Under the pieces are notes generated by a model. It searched no databases and had not been told where the DNA came from. It saw only the letters and a program-made list of their open reading frames with translations. The translations under genes were made by a program, and so were the position numbers. This document shows positions 16,271-24,995 of a stretch of 48,983 nt of DNA, in pieces; the first letter of the stretch is position 1, and every line of letters begins with the position of its first letter. Origin of the DNA: Bacillales bacterium (lineage in GTDB: Bacteria > Bacillota_I > Bacilli_A > RFN20 > CAG-826); assembly GCA_022781015.1 (NCBI GenBank), contig JALEUF010000150.1, positions 1-48,983 of the forward strand, written 5' to 3'.

Positions 16271-18931
16271 ATGGCAGAAAAGAAATATGTTTATTCCTTC
16301 AAAGAAGCCCATGAAGCCCATTTAGGCAAGGACATTCTTGGAGGAAAAGGCAACGGTCTAGCCGAGATGACTGCCGCTGGAGTAAATATTCCAGCTGGAT
16401 TCACCGTTACTACCGAAGCCTGCAATCTCTATTACGAATCCGGTAAAAAGATTCCTGATTTCGTTTGGGACGACGTTGTCGCCCACATCCATCAAATCGA
16501 AGAAATCGATGGAAAAGCCTTTGGTGGCGGAAAAGGATTACCTCTTCTAGTTTCTGTTAGATCTGGTGCCCGTATGTCCATGCCAGGCATGATGGATACA
16601 ATTCTTAACCTTGGTTTAAATGATGAAACCGTTAAAGAATTAGTCGAAGGAACCGGCAATGAAAGATTTGCTTGGGACTCCTATCGTCGTTTCATCTTGA
16701 TGTTCACCAACATCGCCAAAGGACATCCACGTACCAAGATGGATGCCATGCTTGACCAAATCAAGAAAGACAATGGCTACAAGCTTGATACCGAAGTCAC
16801 CGTTCCACAATTAAAGGAACTCGTAAAAGCCTACAAGGCCTACTACAAAGAAACATTTGGTGAAGATTTCCCAACCGATCCATATGTCCAATTAAAAGAA
16901 GCTATCGCCGCTGTCTTCCGCAGCTGGGACAACCCACGTGCTAACGTTTATCGTCAAATGAACGGTATCCCATATGAATGGGGAACCGCCGTTAACGTTC
17001 AAACCATGGTATTTGGTAACATGGGCGAAGATTCTGGTACTGGTGTTGCTTTCTCTAGAAACCCATCCACCGGTGAAAAGAAGATTTATGCAGAATTCTT
17101 ACCAAACGCTCAAGGCGAAGACGTCGTTGCTGGTGTACGTACCCCTCTCCACATCGAGGAACTCGAAAAGAGAATGCCAGAAGTCTATAAGCAATTCATG
17201 GAAACCATCAAGAGAATGGAAAACTACTTCCACGATATGCAAGACATGGAATACACCATCGAAAAAGGCAAGCTCTACTTCTTACAAACCCGTAATGGTA
17301 AAAGAACCGCCAGAGCTGCTTTAAAGATTGCCTGCGACTTAGTTGACGAAGGTTTAATCGATGAAAAGGAAGCTTGCTTAAGAGTCGAACCAAAGCAACT
17401 CAATGACTTGCTACACCCAACTTTCGACGAAGCTGACTTAAAGAAACACGAACCAATCTTAAAAGGTCTCCCAGCCTCCCCGGGTGCCGGAACCGGTAAG
17501 ATTGTCTTCACTGCTGAAGAATGTAAAGAATTACACGATAAGGGAGTTAAAGTTGTTCTCTGCCGTGCCGAAACTTCTCCAGAAGATATCATCGGTATGG
17601 TTAATTCCGAAGCTATCGTCACTGCTAGAGGTGGTATGACTAGCCACGCTGCCGTTGTTGCCCGTTCCATGGGTAAATGCTGCGTTGCAGGATGCACCGA
17701 TGCCATAATCAACGAAGAAGAAAAGACCATGAGCATTGGCGGCAAAGTCTATCACGAAGGTGATGTTATCTCCGTCAATGGTTCCACCGGTTACGTCTAT
17801 GAAGGCGAAATCAAGATGGTTCCAGCCGACTTAGGTGGCGACTTTGGCCGTATGATGGCTTGGGCCGATAAGTATCGTAGACTAAAGATCCGTGCTAACT
17901 GCAACACCCCACTTGATGCCGATAATGCACATCAATTCGGTGCCGAAGGTATTGGTCTATGCCGTACCGAACGTATGTTCTTTGCCGATGACCGTATCCT
18001 TAACATGCGTTCCATGATTCTTTCTGAAACAGTCGAACAACGTGAAGCTGCCCTAGAAAGAATCCGTCCATATCAAGTTGACGACTTCTACCATATGTAT
18101 ATGTCTGCACCAGACGATATGGTCTGCATCCGTTTACTCGATCCACCACTACACGAATTCTTACCAACTATCGATGATGCCAAAAACATCAAAGACTTAG
18201 CCGAAAAGCTTAATGTCTCCGAACAAAAGGTTCGCGATAGAATCAATCAATTACAACAAGCTAACCCAATGATGGGTTTCCGTGGTGTACGTCTATGCGT
18301 TGCCTATCCAGAAATCTATCGTATGCAAGCTACTGCTATCATCCAAGCTGCTATCAAAGCCAGCAAGGAATTAGGCAAAGATGTTGAACCTGAAATCATG
18401 ATTCCTCTCACCGGCGAATTAAAAGAATTCAAGTTTGCTAAGAACGTAGTTGTCGAAGCAGTCGAAAACGAAATGAAGAAGGAAGGCAAGACTCTTGTCT
18501 ACCACGTTGGTACCATGATCGAAGTTCCAAGGGGAGCTTTACAAGCTGGCAACATTGCCAAAGAAGCTGAATTCTTCTCCTTCGGAACCAACGACTTGAC
18601 CCAATTAACCATGGGCTTCTCCCGTGATGACTCCGGACAATTCTTAAATTACTACTATGACAAGAAGATTTATGAATTCGATCCATTCCAAACCATCGAC
18701 GTCGAAGGTGTTGGCGAATTAGTCAAGATTGCCGTCGAACGTGGCCGTGCAACTAGAAAAGACCTAGTAGTCGGTGTCTGTGGTGAAACCGGTGGCGATC
18801 CAGCTTCCATCATGTTCTATGATGCCGTTGGACTAGATTATGTCTCCTGTTCACCATTCCGTGTCCCACTTGCTAGACTTGCCGCTGCACAAGCTAACAT
18901 CGTTCACGAAAGAGAAAAAGCCGCTAAGTAA
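16271..18931 (+). CDS. ppdK: Pyruvate, phosphate dikinase
   Basis: 886 aa. Phosphohistidine motif GGMTSHAAVVAR. C-terminal motifs FFSFGTNDLTQ and GVCGE. N-terminal ATP-grasp region. Confidence 0.97.
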   Translation: MAEKKYVYSFKEAHEAHLGKDILGGKGNGLAEMTAAGVNIPAGFTVTTEACNLYYESGKKIPDFVWDDVVAHIHQIEEIDGKAFGGGKGLPLLVSVRSGARMSMPGMMDTILNLGLNDETVKELVEGTGNERFAWDSYRRFILMFTNIAKGHPRTKMDAMLDQIKKDNGYKLDTEVTVPQLKELVKAYKAYYKETFGEDFPTDPYVQLKEAIAAVFRSWDNPRANVYRQMNGIPYEWGTAVNVQTMVFGNMGEDSGTGVAFSRNPSTGEKKIYAEFLPNAQGEDVVAGVRTPLHIEELEKRMPEVYKQFMETIKRMENYFHDMQDMEYTIEKGKLYFLQTRNGKRTARAALKIACDLVDEGLIDEKEACLRVEPKQLNDLLHPTFDEADLKKHEPILKGLPASPGAGTGKIVFTAEECKELHDKGVKVVLCRAETSPEDIIGMVNSEAIVTARGGMTSHAAVVARSMGKCCVAGCTDAIINEEEKTMSIGGKVYHEGDVISVNGSTGYVYEGEIKMVPADLGGDFGRMMAWADKYRRLKIRANCNTPLDADNAHQFGAEGIGLCRTERMFFADDRILNMRSMILSETVEQREAALERIRPYQVDDFYHMYMSAPDDMVCIRLLDPPLHEFLPTIDDAKNIKDLAEKLNVSEQKVRDRINQLQQANPMMGFRGVRLCVAYPEIYRMQATAIIQAAIKASKELGKDVEPEIMIPLTGELKEFKFAKNVVVEAVENEMKKEGKTLVYHVGTMIEVPRGALQAGNIAKEAEFFSFGTNDLTQLTMGFSRDDSGQFLNYYYDKKIYEFDPFQTIDVEGVGELVKIAVERGRATRKDLVVGVCGETGGDPASIMFYDAVGLDYVSCSPFRVPLARLAAAQANIVHEREKAAK

Positions 18932-18954
18932 TTAGCTGGTTAAACAATCAAATT

Positions 18955-18981
18955 AGAGCTGCCGAAAGGTGGCTCTTTTTT
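18955..18981 (+). terminator. ppdK terminator
   Basis: agagctgcc gaaa ggtggctct followed by ttttt. Confidence 0.7.
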
Positions 18982-19023
18982 ACTATTTAAATAATAAATA
19001 TGATGTAAGGGGTTAATCGAATT

Positions 19024-19051
19024 TAAAAAATGGCTAGTTTTTTGCTAGCCA
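19024..19051 (-). terminator. Terminator of the glmU-like gene
   Basis: tggctag (19031-19037) pairs with ctagcca (19045-19051). On the minus strand this is followed by tttttt, 7 nt after the stop codon. Confidence 0.65.
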
Positions 19052-19057
19052 CTTAAT

Positions 19058-20041
19058 TTATTTCATTTCCGAATCTTTTAGGGTAATGCCCTTAAGATTT
19101 TTAAATTCAACAACGTTATCGTTTCCTATATGTACGTTATCTAAATATGTATTAGGACCTATAACGTTTCCTTCACCTATTGTAGAACCATTCATTATGA
19201 ATGTATTAGGCCTTATAGTCGTATCTGCTCCGACTGTTGAATCAGGAGAAATATATGTTGTTTCAGGATCTTCAATAGTTACTCCAGAAAGCATTAGTTC
19301 CTTATTGATTCTTTCTTGAATCTTTTTAGCAGCGATTGATAAATGATATCTATCATTAACACCCATTGTTTCATCTAAATCATCAATTGAGAATGAACCG
19401 ACTTTCTTGCCATCTCCTGCGAATAAGCCAATAACGTCGGTTAAATAATATTCATGAGCGGCATTTGATGGGGTCAGTCTATCTAGGTCCCTAAATAGTT
19501 CTTTATTGTCGAATACATACACCCCTGCATTAACTTCATTGATTTTAGCTTCTTCAGGCGTGCAGTCTCTTTGCTCGATAATTTTCTTAACTTGACCGTT
19601 TTCTAGATAAATACGTCCATATCCTGTAGGATCATCCATGAATGCGGTTAAAATGGTTAAATCATTGCCATTTTCTTCATGTGCCTTTAGCAAAGCACCT
19701 AAGGTTTTACTTGTTAATAAAGGGGTATCGCCGCAGCAAACAATAGTAATGCCATCTTTATCTTTTAAAACTGGAGCAGTCATCATAATGGCATGCCCGG
19801 TTCCTTTTTGTTCTTTTTGCCAGACAACTTTAGAGTCTTTAGAAACTATAGATGAAGTCATTTCTCCACCAAATCCAACGATGGTGACTATTTCTTCAAA
19901 CCCTAATGGTTTTAACGCTTCCAAAACATATTTGACCATTGGACGGCCTAAAATAGGAAAAGAGACTTTAGACATCTCATCTCTTTTGGATTTCATTCTA
20001 GTGCCCTTACCGGCCGCTAGTATTATTGCGTGTTTGTTCAT
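19058..20041 (-). CDS. glmU: GlmU-like N-acetylglucosamine-1-phosphate uridyltransferase with a truncated left-handed beta-helix (no acetyltransferase C-terminus)
   Basis: GlmU N-domain motifs LAAGKGTRMKS, EQKGTGHA, CGDTPLL, VNAGVYVF, EYYLTDVI and VNDR. Only a few hexapeptide turns follow before the stop at 327 aa. ATGA overlap with ispE. Confidence 0.8.
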   Translation of the reverse strand: MNKHAIILAAGKGTRMKSKRDEMSKVSFPILGRPMVKYVLEALKPLGFEEIVTIVGFGGEMTSSIVSKDSKVVWQKEQKGTGHAIMMTAPVLKDKDGITIVCCGDTPLLTSKTLGALLKAHEENGNDLTILTAFMDDPTGYGRIYLENGQVKKIIEQRDCTPEEAKINEVNAGVYVFDNKELFRDLDRLTPSNAAHEYYLTDVIGLFAGDGKKVGSFSIDDLDETMGVNDRYHLSIAAKKIQERINKELMLSGVTIEDPETTYISPDSTVGADTTIRPNTFIMNGSTIGEGNVIGPNTYLDNVHIGNDNVVEFKNLKGITLKDSEMK

Positions 20042-20895
20042 TTATTAGCTCCTCCCATAAGTGTTTTAGTCAAAACGGAAATGTATCCAAGCTTTTCATA
20101 TTTCCTTTGGGCCTCTTTCATTTTCTTAAGGTCAAAAGACATAGCAAATAAGCTAGATCCGGATCCTGACATTGAGACTATTTTAAACCCATCCTTGACT
20201 AATGAGGAATATATTTCCCCTACTTTAGGCAAAAGATAGACTGCAGGAGGCATTAAATCATTGCCGATACTTCTAGCAATTAGATTCTCATCAGCAGTTT
20301 CTAAACCTTTTATAACACCCTCTGTATCAATACGGATGCTCTCTCCTTTATAGTTAGAATAAACTTCTTTTGTAGATAAGCCTTCTTCTGGTTTAACAAT
20401 TAATACATAAAAAGGCTTTAATAGCTTAATGGGTTCGTTCTTTTCTCCGATTCCCCCAACTCTAGAAGGGATGTTATGGATGAAAAACGGAACATCTGCC
20501 CCAATTGTTAATCCAATCTCACATAATTGTTCATCGGAAAGATTGAGTTTAAGCATCTTGTTTAATGCGATTAAGACAGCAGCAGCATTAGAAGAACCAC
20601 CACCTAGTCCAGCAGCAAAAGGAATCTCTTTATGAATATGGATAAGGAAATTTTCTTTGAATCCGCATGCTTTTCTTAAGGCGTCAGTAGCTTTTTTGCA
20701 TAGATTAGCTTTAGCGCTCATTAAACGGAAATCATCGCAAGTAATATAGGTGTCGTTGCTATAAATCTTGTTTATTTCAATGACATCATGCAATTCCAAA
20801 GGAAGGTTTATCATGTCTAATTCATGATACCCATCATCTAATGTTCCCAATATTTTTAACGAAAGATTAATCTTGGCGTATGACTTAATGTCCAT
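20038..20895 (-). CDS. ispE: 4-diphosphocytidyl-2-C-methyl-D-erythritol kinase
   Basis: GHMP kinase motif PFAAGLGGGSSNAAAV. 285 aa. Synteny with rsmA. Confidence 0.9.
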   Translation of the reverse strand: MDIKSYAKINLSLKILGTLDDGYHELDMINLPLELHDVIEINKIYSNDTYITCDDFRLMSAKANLCKKATDALRKACGFKENFLIHIHKEIPFAAGLGGGSSNAAAVLIALNKMLKLNLSDEQLCEIGLTIGADVPFFIHNIPSRVGGIGEKNEPIKLLKPFYVLIVKPEEGLSTKEVYSNYKGESIRIDTEGVIKGLETADENLIARSIGNDLMPPAVYLLPKVGEIYSSLVKDGFKIVSMSGSGSSLFAMSFDLKKMKEAQRKYEKLGYISVLTKTLMGGANK

Positions 20896-20905
20896 ATATA
20901 AATCC

Positions 20906-21715
20906 TTATTTTAATAACTGTTTTCTATTTGATAAAAGAAGATATTGCTCAGGGGAAATTTGCTCTGGCCTATAATTTAATGGAATATTGCATTCTTGAA
21001 GCAAGGCTTTCGTTTTGTCTTCATCTTGTAATAAATCCTTCAAATTATTGTAGATTGTTTTCCTCCGTTTTAAAAATAGCGACTGAGATAGTTTATACGC
21101 TTTAAGGACGTTTTCATCAAAATTCGTATCTAAATCTATTTTTATGACTGTTGAATCAACATGCGGACGAGGGGAAAAGCAATTCTTGTTAACATTAAAT
21201 AGCTTTGTTGTTTTCCCTCTTAAAGTAAGAAGAATGTTTAAAGGGGAATAATCCTTGGTATTTGTTTTTGCTAATATTCTATCAGCTGCTTCCTTTTGAA
21301 TCATAAAGACAAACCTAGTAGCGTTCTTTGCTTCTAGTAAAGCCTTTTCTATCAAAGCAGACGTAATGTAATAGGGTAAATTACCAACAACTTTAGAATA
21401 GGATGAATAATCAATTTTCAGCGCATTTCCCATTTCAATTTTTAAAAATTCATTGTTTTGGAAGTCGTTTTTTAATTTGGTAATCATAGCTTCGTCTATA
21501 TCAACAAGAGTTGCTTTTGCAGGTCCAAAAGATAAATAGTAAGACAACGAACCAGCCCCACAACCAATCTCTAAAACATTATCTTTTTCAGTTAATTCAA
21601 GACTAGAAACAATAAGGGAGGCCTTTTCTTTGTCGATAAGAAAATTTTGGCCAACTTCTTTTTTGGCAAGGAATTTTAATTGTTCTATTTCTTCAAAATA
21701 TTTATTTGCATCCAT
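20906..21715 (-). CDS. rsmA: 16S rRNA (adenine1518/1519-N6)-dimethyltransferase
   Basis: GQNFL, the SAM motif VLEIGCGAGSLS, and NLPYYITS. Confidence 0.95.
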   Translation of the reverse strand: MDANKYFEEIEQLKFLAKKEVGQNFLIDKEKASLIVSSLELTEKDNVLEIGCGAGSLSYYLSFGPAKATLVDIDEAMITKLKNDFQNNEFLKIEMGNALKIDYSSYSKVVGNLPYYITSALIEKALLEAKNATRFVFMIQKEAADRILAKTNTKDYSPLNILLTLRGKTTKLFNVNKNCFSPRPHVDSTVIKIDLDTNFDENVLKAYKLSQSLFLKRRKTIYNNLKDLLQDEDKTKALLQECNIPLNYRPEQISPEQYLLLSNRKQLLK

Positions 21716-22244
21716 TAATAAATTCCTCCAATTGTTTCCTATCTATATTCATTGCATTTAGTCTTTTTAACAATGTCTTTCCGTTTCCGTATCCTAAATG
21801 GAAATGAGCCTCTACATTTTCTTTGTTAACCCTGCTATTCTCACCTACTAGCTTAAGTTCAAGAAGGTCTAAATAGGTTAGATTTCCTGGAGTAGGCGAT
21901 TTAGTAATAGTAATGTGCGACAAGGCATCTAGAATTGTTTCCTTATCAGACTCCGCTACCCCAACCTTATGATGTTTGATGGCTTTTTCTTTTGGAATAT
22001 AAGCGTGTTTTAAATTTGGAATATGTTGATCTAGCACATCCCTTATCCTTTTTCCTGGATAATCTGGATCGGTTAATACTATAACGTCTTTCCTTTTCGA
22101 TGCCTCTAAAATGTAGTCTATTGTTTCACGTGGAACGTCTGAGCCATTGGTGGTAACTATCTCCGCATCAAGAAAAGAAGTCAATAAGGATACATCGGTA
22201 GTGCCTTCTACTACAATTAGGGCATTTATCACTGTCTTGCTCAT
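21702..22244 (-). CDS. rnmV: Ribonuclease M5
   Basis: Toprim motifs IVVEGTTD and LTDPDYPGKRIR. 180 aa. Overlaps rsmA by 14 nt. Confidence 0.9.
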   Translation of the reverse strand: MSKTVINALIVVEGTTDVSLLTSFLDAEIVTTNGSDVPRETIDYILEASKRKDVIVLTDPDYPGKRIRDVLDQHIPNLKHAYIPKEKAIKHHKVGVAESDKETILDALSHITITKSPTPGNLTYLDLLELKLVGENSRVNKENVEAHFHLGYGNGKTLLKRLNAMNIDRKQLEEFINGCK

Positions 22245-23017
22245 GGTTTCACGTGGAACAATTTATAGAAATTGTCTTGTATTTTTTTGCTTAAAATGTC
22301 AAGAGAAATTTCCTTAATTTCTGACATTTGTCTTACTATATATGGGATGTATTCTGGATAATTTGTTTGGCCCCTAAACGGAACCGGAGGTAAATAAGGG
22401 CAGTCGGTTTCTGAAAGAATTCTATCAATAGAAACTTCTTTGACACACTGTTTTGGAACGATTGAATTCTTATATGTTATAGGCCCATCAAAGCCAAAAT
22501 AATAACCTAGCTTTTCAAATTCCTTCATCATTTCTACCGAGCCAGAATAGCAATGTAAAACGCCTTTTGCTTGAGGCGTGTATTCTTTTAATATATCAAA
22601 AGTGTCTTGAACGGCTTCTCTACAATGGATTGAAACAGGCAAGTCAAGTTCGTCCGCCATTTTTAGTTGCTTGATAAACCATATTTTTTGGTTATCCCTA
22701 TCCTTTTGCTCTTTATACCAATGATAATCTAATCCGATTTCTCCAATGGCTATGACTTTTGGGTTTTTGCAGAGTTCTTTTATTTTGTTTAGATTATCAT
22801 CGCTTACATTTTCTAAATTTTCAGGATGAAATCCGATGGCAGCATAGACCCCTTCATGTCTAGAGGCGATTTCTATAGCCTTTAATGAACTTTCTAAGTC
22901 ATATCCGACAACTAAAATAGTAGTAACCCCTGCTTTAAATGAAGATGCAACTACTTCATCTACATTATCTTTGAATCTTTCATCATTAAGATGACAATGC
23001 GAATCAACAAAATTCAT
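22241..23017 (-). CDS. tatD: TatD-family metal-dependent hydrolase/DNase
   Basis: DSHCHL, GEIGLDY, SIHCREA, LHCYSGS and ETDCPYL. The start was trimmed to MNFVDSHCHL at 23017, one nt after the mnmE stop (TGAAATG). Confidence 0.9.
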   Translation of the reverse strand: MNFVDSHCHLNDERFKDNVDEVVASSFKAGVTTILVVGYDLESSLKAIEIASRHEGVYAAIGFHPENLENVSDDNLNKIKELCKNPKVIAIGEIGLDYHWYKEQKDRDNQKIWFIKQLKMADELDLPVSIHCREAVQDTFDILKEYTPQAKGVLHCYSGSVEMMKEFEKLGYYFGFDGPITYKNSIVPKQCVKEVSIDRILSETDCPYLPPVPFRGQTNYPEYIPYIVRQMSEIKEISLDILSKKIQDNFYKLFHVKP

Positions 23018-23018
23018 T

Positions 23019-24338
23019 TCATTTCCCCACACAGAATCTAGAGAAGATTTCATCGCTTAAATCATGGGTTGGATCTTCTCCGAATAATTCTCTTACATAG
23101 TTATATGCATTAAGCAAAGAAGAGGAAATTAGATCAATGGGCTGCCTAGATTTACAATCTGAGATAATTTGTTCTAGTTCGGAATCTATTTTTCTTAATA
23201 AAGATAATTCCCTTTCATTTGAAAAAGATGGATTGGAAAAAGATTTCTCACTTAGATTAAGAGAATCAAACATCGCCTTTTTCAAAGGCTCAATATCCTT
23301 TTTTATAGCGGAGATATATACATACCCCTCTTCTTTTTTGTCCATCAAATCAGATTTGTTTTTGATTTTTAATAGGATTTTTCCCTTGCTAAGTTCTTCT
23401 ATTTCCTTTTCAAAAGAGCAATCCCGTGTATCAGAAATCAATAAAACCATATCTGAATCAGCAATAGATTTCTTACTTCTTTCGATACCTATGTTTTCAA
23501 CAACTTCATTGCTTTCTCTAATGCCTGCTGTATCTAGCAATATAAAAGGTACTCCATTAAAAGAGCAATAGCCTTCTATTACATCTCTAGTTGTACCTGG
23601 GATTGGAGTTACAATAGCCTTATCTTCATTTAATAAGGCATTTAGGATTGAGGACTTGCCGACATTAGGTTCTCCTACAATTGCAACCTTTACTCCTTCT
23701 CTAATTATCTTTCCTTCATTTCCTTCTTTTATAAGGGTAGACAAAGAAGAACGTAATTCATTACAAGAAGATATAACGTCTTCATAACTAGTTTCTTCAA
23801 TATCTTCGTATTCAGGGAAATCAATATTTACTTCTAGTTTTGCCAAAAGCTCACTAATTTTATTTTTTAAAGGAGTTAATAAAGGCGATACTTTTCCTAA
23901 ATAAGAAAGAAGAGCAAGGTCTTTTGCTTCTTTAGTAGACGCATTAATTAAATCATTCACACTTTCGGCTTCAATTAAATCCATCTTGCCGAAATAGAAC
24001 GCCCTGGCAGAAAATTCCCCTCTTTCCGCATATCTAACCCCGTTAGAAAGAAAGGCTTCTACTATTTCTTTTACTATAACCATTGAACCGTGACAAGTTA
24101 TCTCAACCACCTCTTCTCCAGTCATAGAACATTCTGGTTCGTAACAAAAAAGCATTACATCATCTATTGGTTTATTTTTAAAAATAATAGACCCATGTAT
24201 CATTTTTCTTTTAAAACCAGCACCAATTTCTTTATTTATGAACTTGGAGACGATACCAAAAAGACCATCGCCACTAAGACGAAGCAAAGCCAAGGCTGAT
24301 TTAAATGGAGGTGTCGCTAAAGCAATAATTGGTTCCAT
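23019..24338 (-). CDS. mnmE: tRNA uridine-5-carboxymethylaminomethyl modification GTPase MnmE
   Basis: G motifs GEPNVGKSS, DTAGIR and NKSD. C-terminal FCVGK. Confidence 0.95.
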   Translation of the reverse strand: MEPIIALATPPFKSALALLRLSGDGLFGIVSKFINKEIGAGFKRKMIHGSIIFKNKPIDDVMLFCYEPECSMTGEEVVEITCHGSMVIVKEIVEAFLSNGVRYAERGEFSARAFYFGKMDLIEAESVNDLINASTKEAKDLALLSYLGKVSPLLTPLKNKISELLAKLEVNIDFPEYEDIEETSYEDVISSCNELRSSLSTLIKEGNEGKIIREGVKVAIVGEPNVGKSSILNALLNEDKAIVTPIPGTTRDVIEGYCSFNGVPFILLDTAGIRESNEVVENIGIERSKKSIADSDMVLLISDTRDCSFEKEIEELSKGKILLKIKNKSDLMDKKEEGYVYISAIKKDIEPLKKAMFDSLNLSEKSFSNPSFSNERELSLLRKIDSELEQIISDCKSRQPIDLISSSLLNAYNYVRELFGEDPTHDLSDEIFSRFCVGK

Positions 24339-24361
24339 CTTCTAAATTATAATCCATATAT

Positions 24362-24389
24362 AAGAATAAAGGCTGACGAATCAGCCTTT
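24362..24389 (-). terminator. Hairpin after jag (possible terminator or attenuator before mnmE)
   Basis: aaaggctga cgaa tcagccttt. On the minus strand it is followed by attctt. Confidence 0.45.
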
Positions 24390-24395
24390 AATTAA

Positions 24396-24995
24396 TTAAT
24401 CAACGTATTTAATGCAGACGGCTCTAGATGGTCCTTCGCCAGTTGATTCGGTTTTGATATGTTCCATTTTTGAAAGGCAGCCGTGAACAACGCGTCTTTC
24501 ATCTGGAGTCATTGGATCAAGTTGGACATCAACTTTGGTCTTGATAACTTCCCTAGCAGCTCTTCTTGCAATACGTTCGACTCTAGAATATTTATCTTCT
24601 TTATATCCGCCAACATCAAGAAGGATTCTATGACGATGACGGAATTTGTTAGAAACAGCTAATTTAGTTAATTCATTTAAGGCTTGTAAAGTCTTGCCGT
24701 TTCTTCCTATTAATATAGGATTGTGGTCAGAATCAATAGTAATCTTGATGATGTCTTCTTCGATAACTGATTCAGCGGAAACTTGAACGCCTAAGGCATA
24801 AAGTGATTTCTTTATGTATTCAACAGCATATTCAGCAACATCATCTTTATCAAAAACATTGATAGTTGCGCTCTTTTTGAATAAACCCTTCTTCTCTTCC
24901 TTAACTTCATAAGAAAGAATTTTTTCAGAGACGTTTAATTCTGCACAAGCTTCGGCAACAGCTTCTTCTATTGTTTTAGCAGTAAAAGTTTTCAT
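24396..24995 (-). CDS. khpB: Jag/KhpB RNA-binding protein (Jag_N-KH-R3H)
   Basis: N-terminus MKTFTAKTIEEAVAEACAEL. KH region ILIGRNGKTLQAL. R3H region PMTPDERRVVH. Directly follows yidC. Confidence 0.9.
   Translation of the reverse strand: MKTFTAKTIEEAVAEACAELNVSEKILSYEVKEEKKGLFKKSATINVFDKDDVAEYAVEYIKKSLYALGVQVSAESVIEEDIIKITIDSDHNPILIGRNGKTLQALNELTKLAVSNKFRHRHRILLDVGGYKEDKYSRVERIARRAAREVIKTKVDVQLDPMTPDERRVVHGCLSKMEHIKTESTGEGPSRAVCIKYVD

Noticed and set aside
17275-17745. 156-aa antisense ORF inside ppdK. Similar antisense ORFs lie at 5110-5544 in ftsH, 29422-29862 in dnaN, 23137-23571 in mnmE, 966-1418 in the ABC gene and 19638-20048 in glmU.
   Set aside because: These are shadow ORFs opposite strongly conserved, codon-biased genes. 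They have no SD and low-complexity Ser/Leu/Ala-rich translations, and each overlaps entirely a gene with clear identity.
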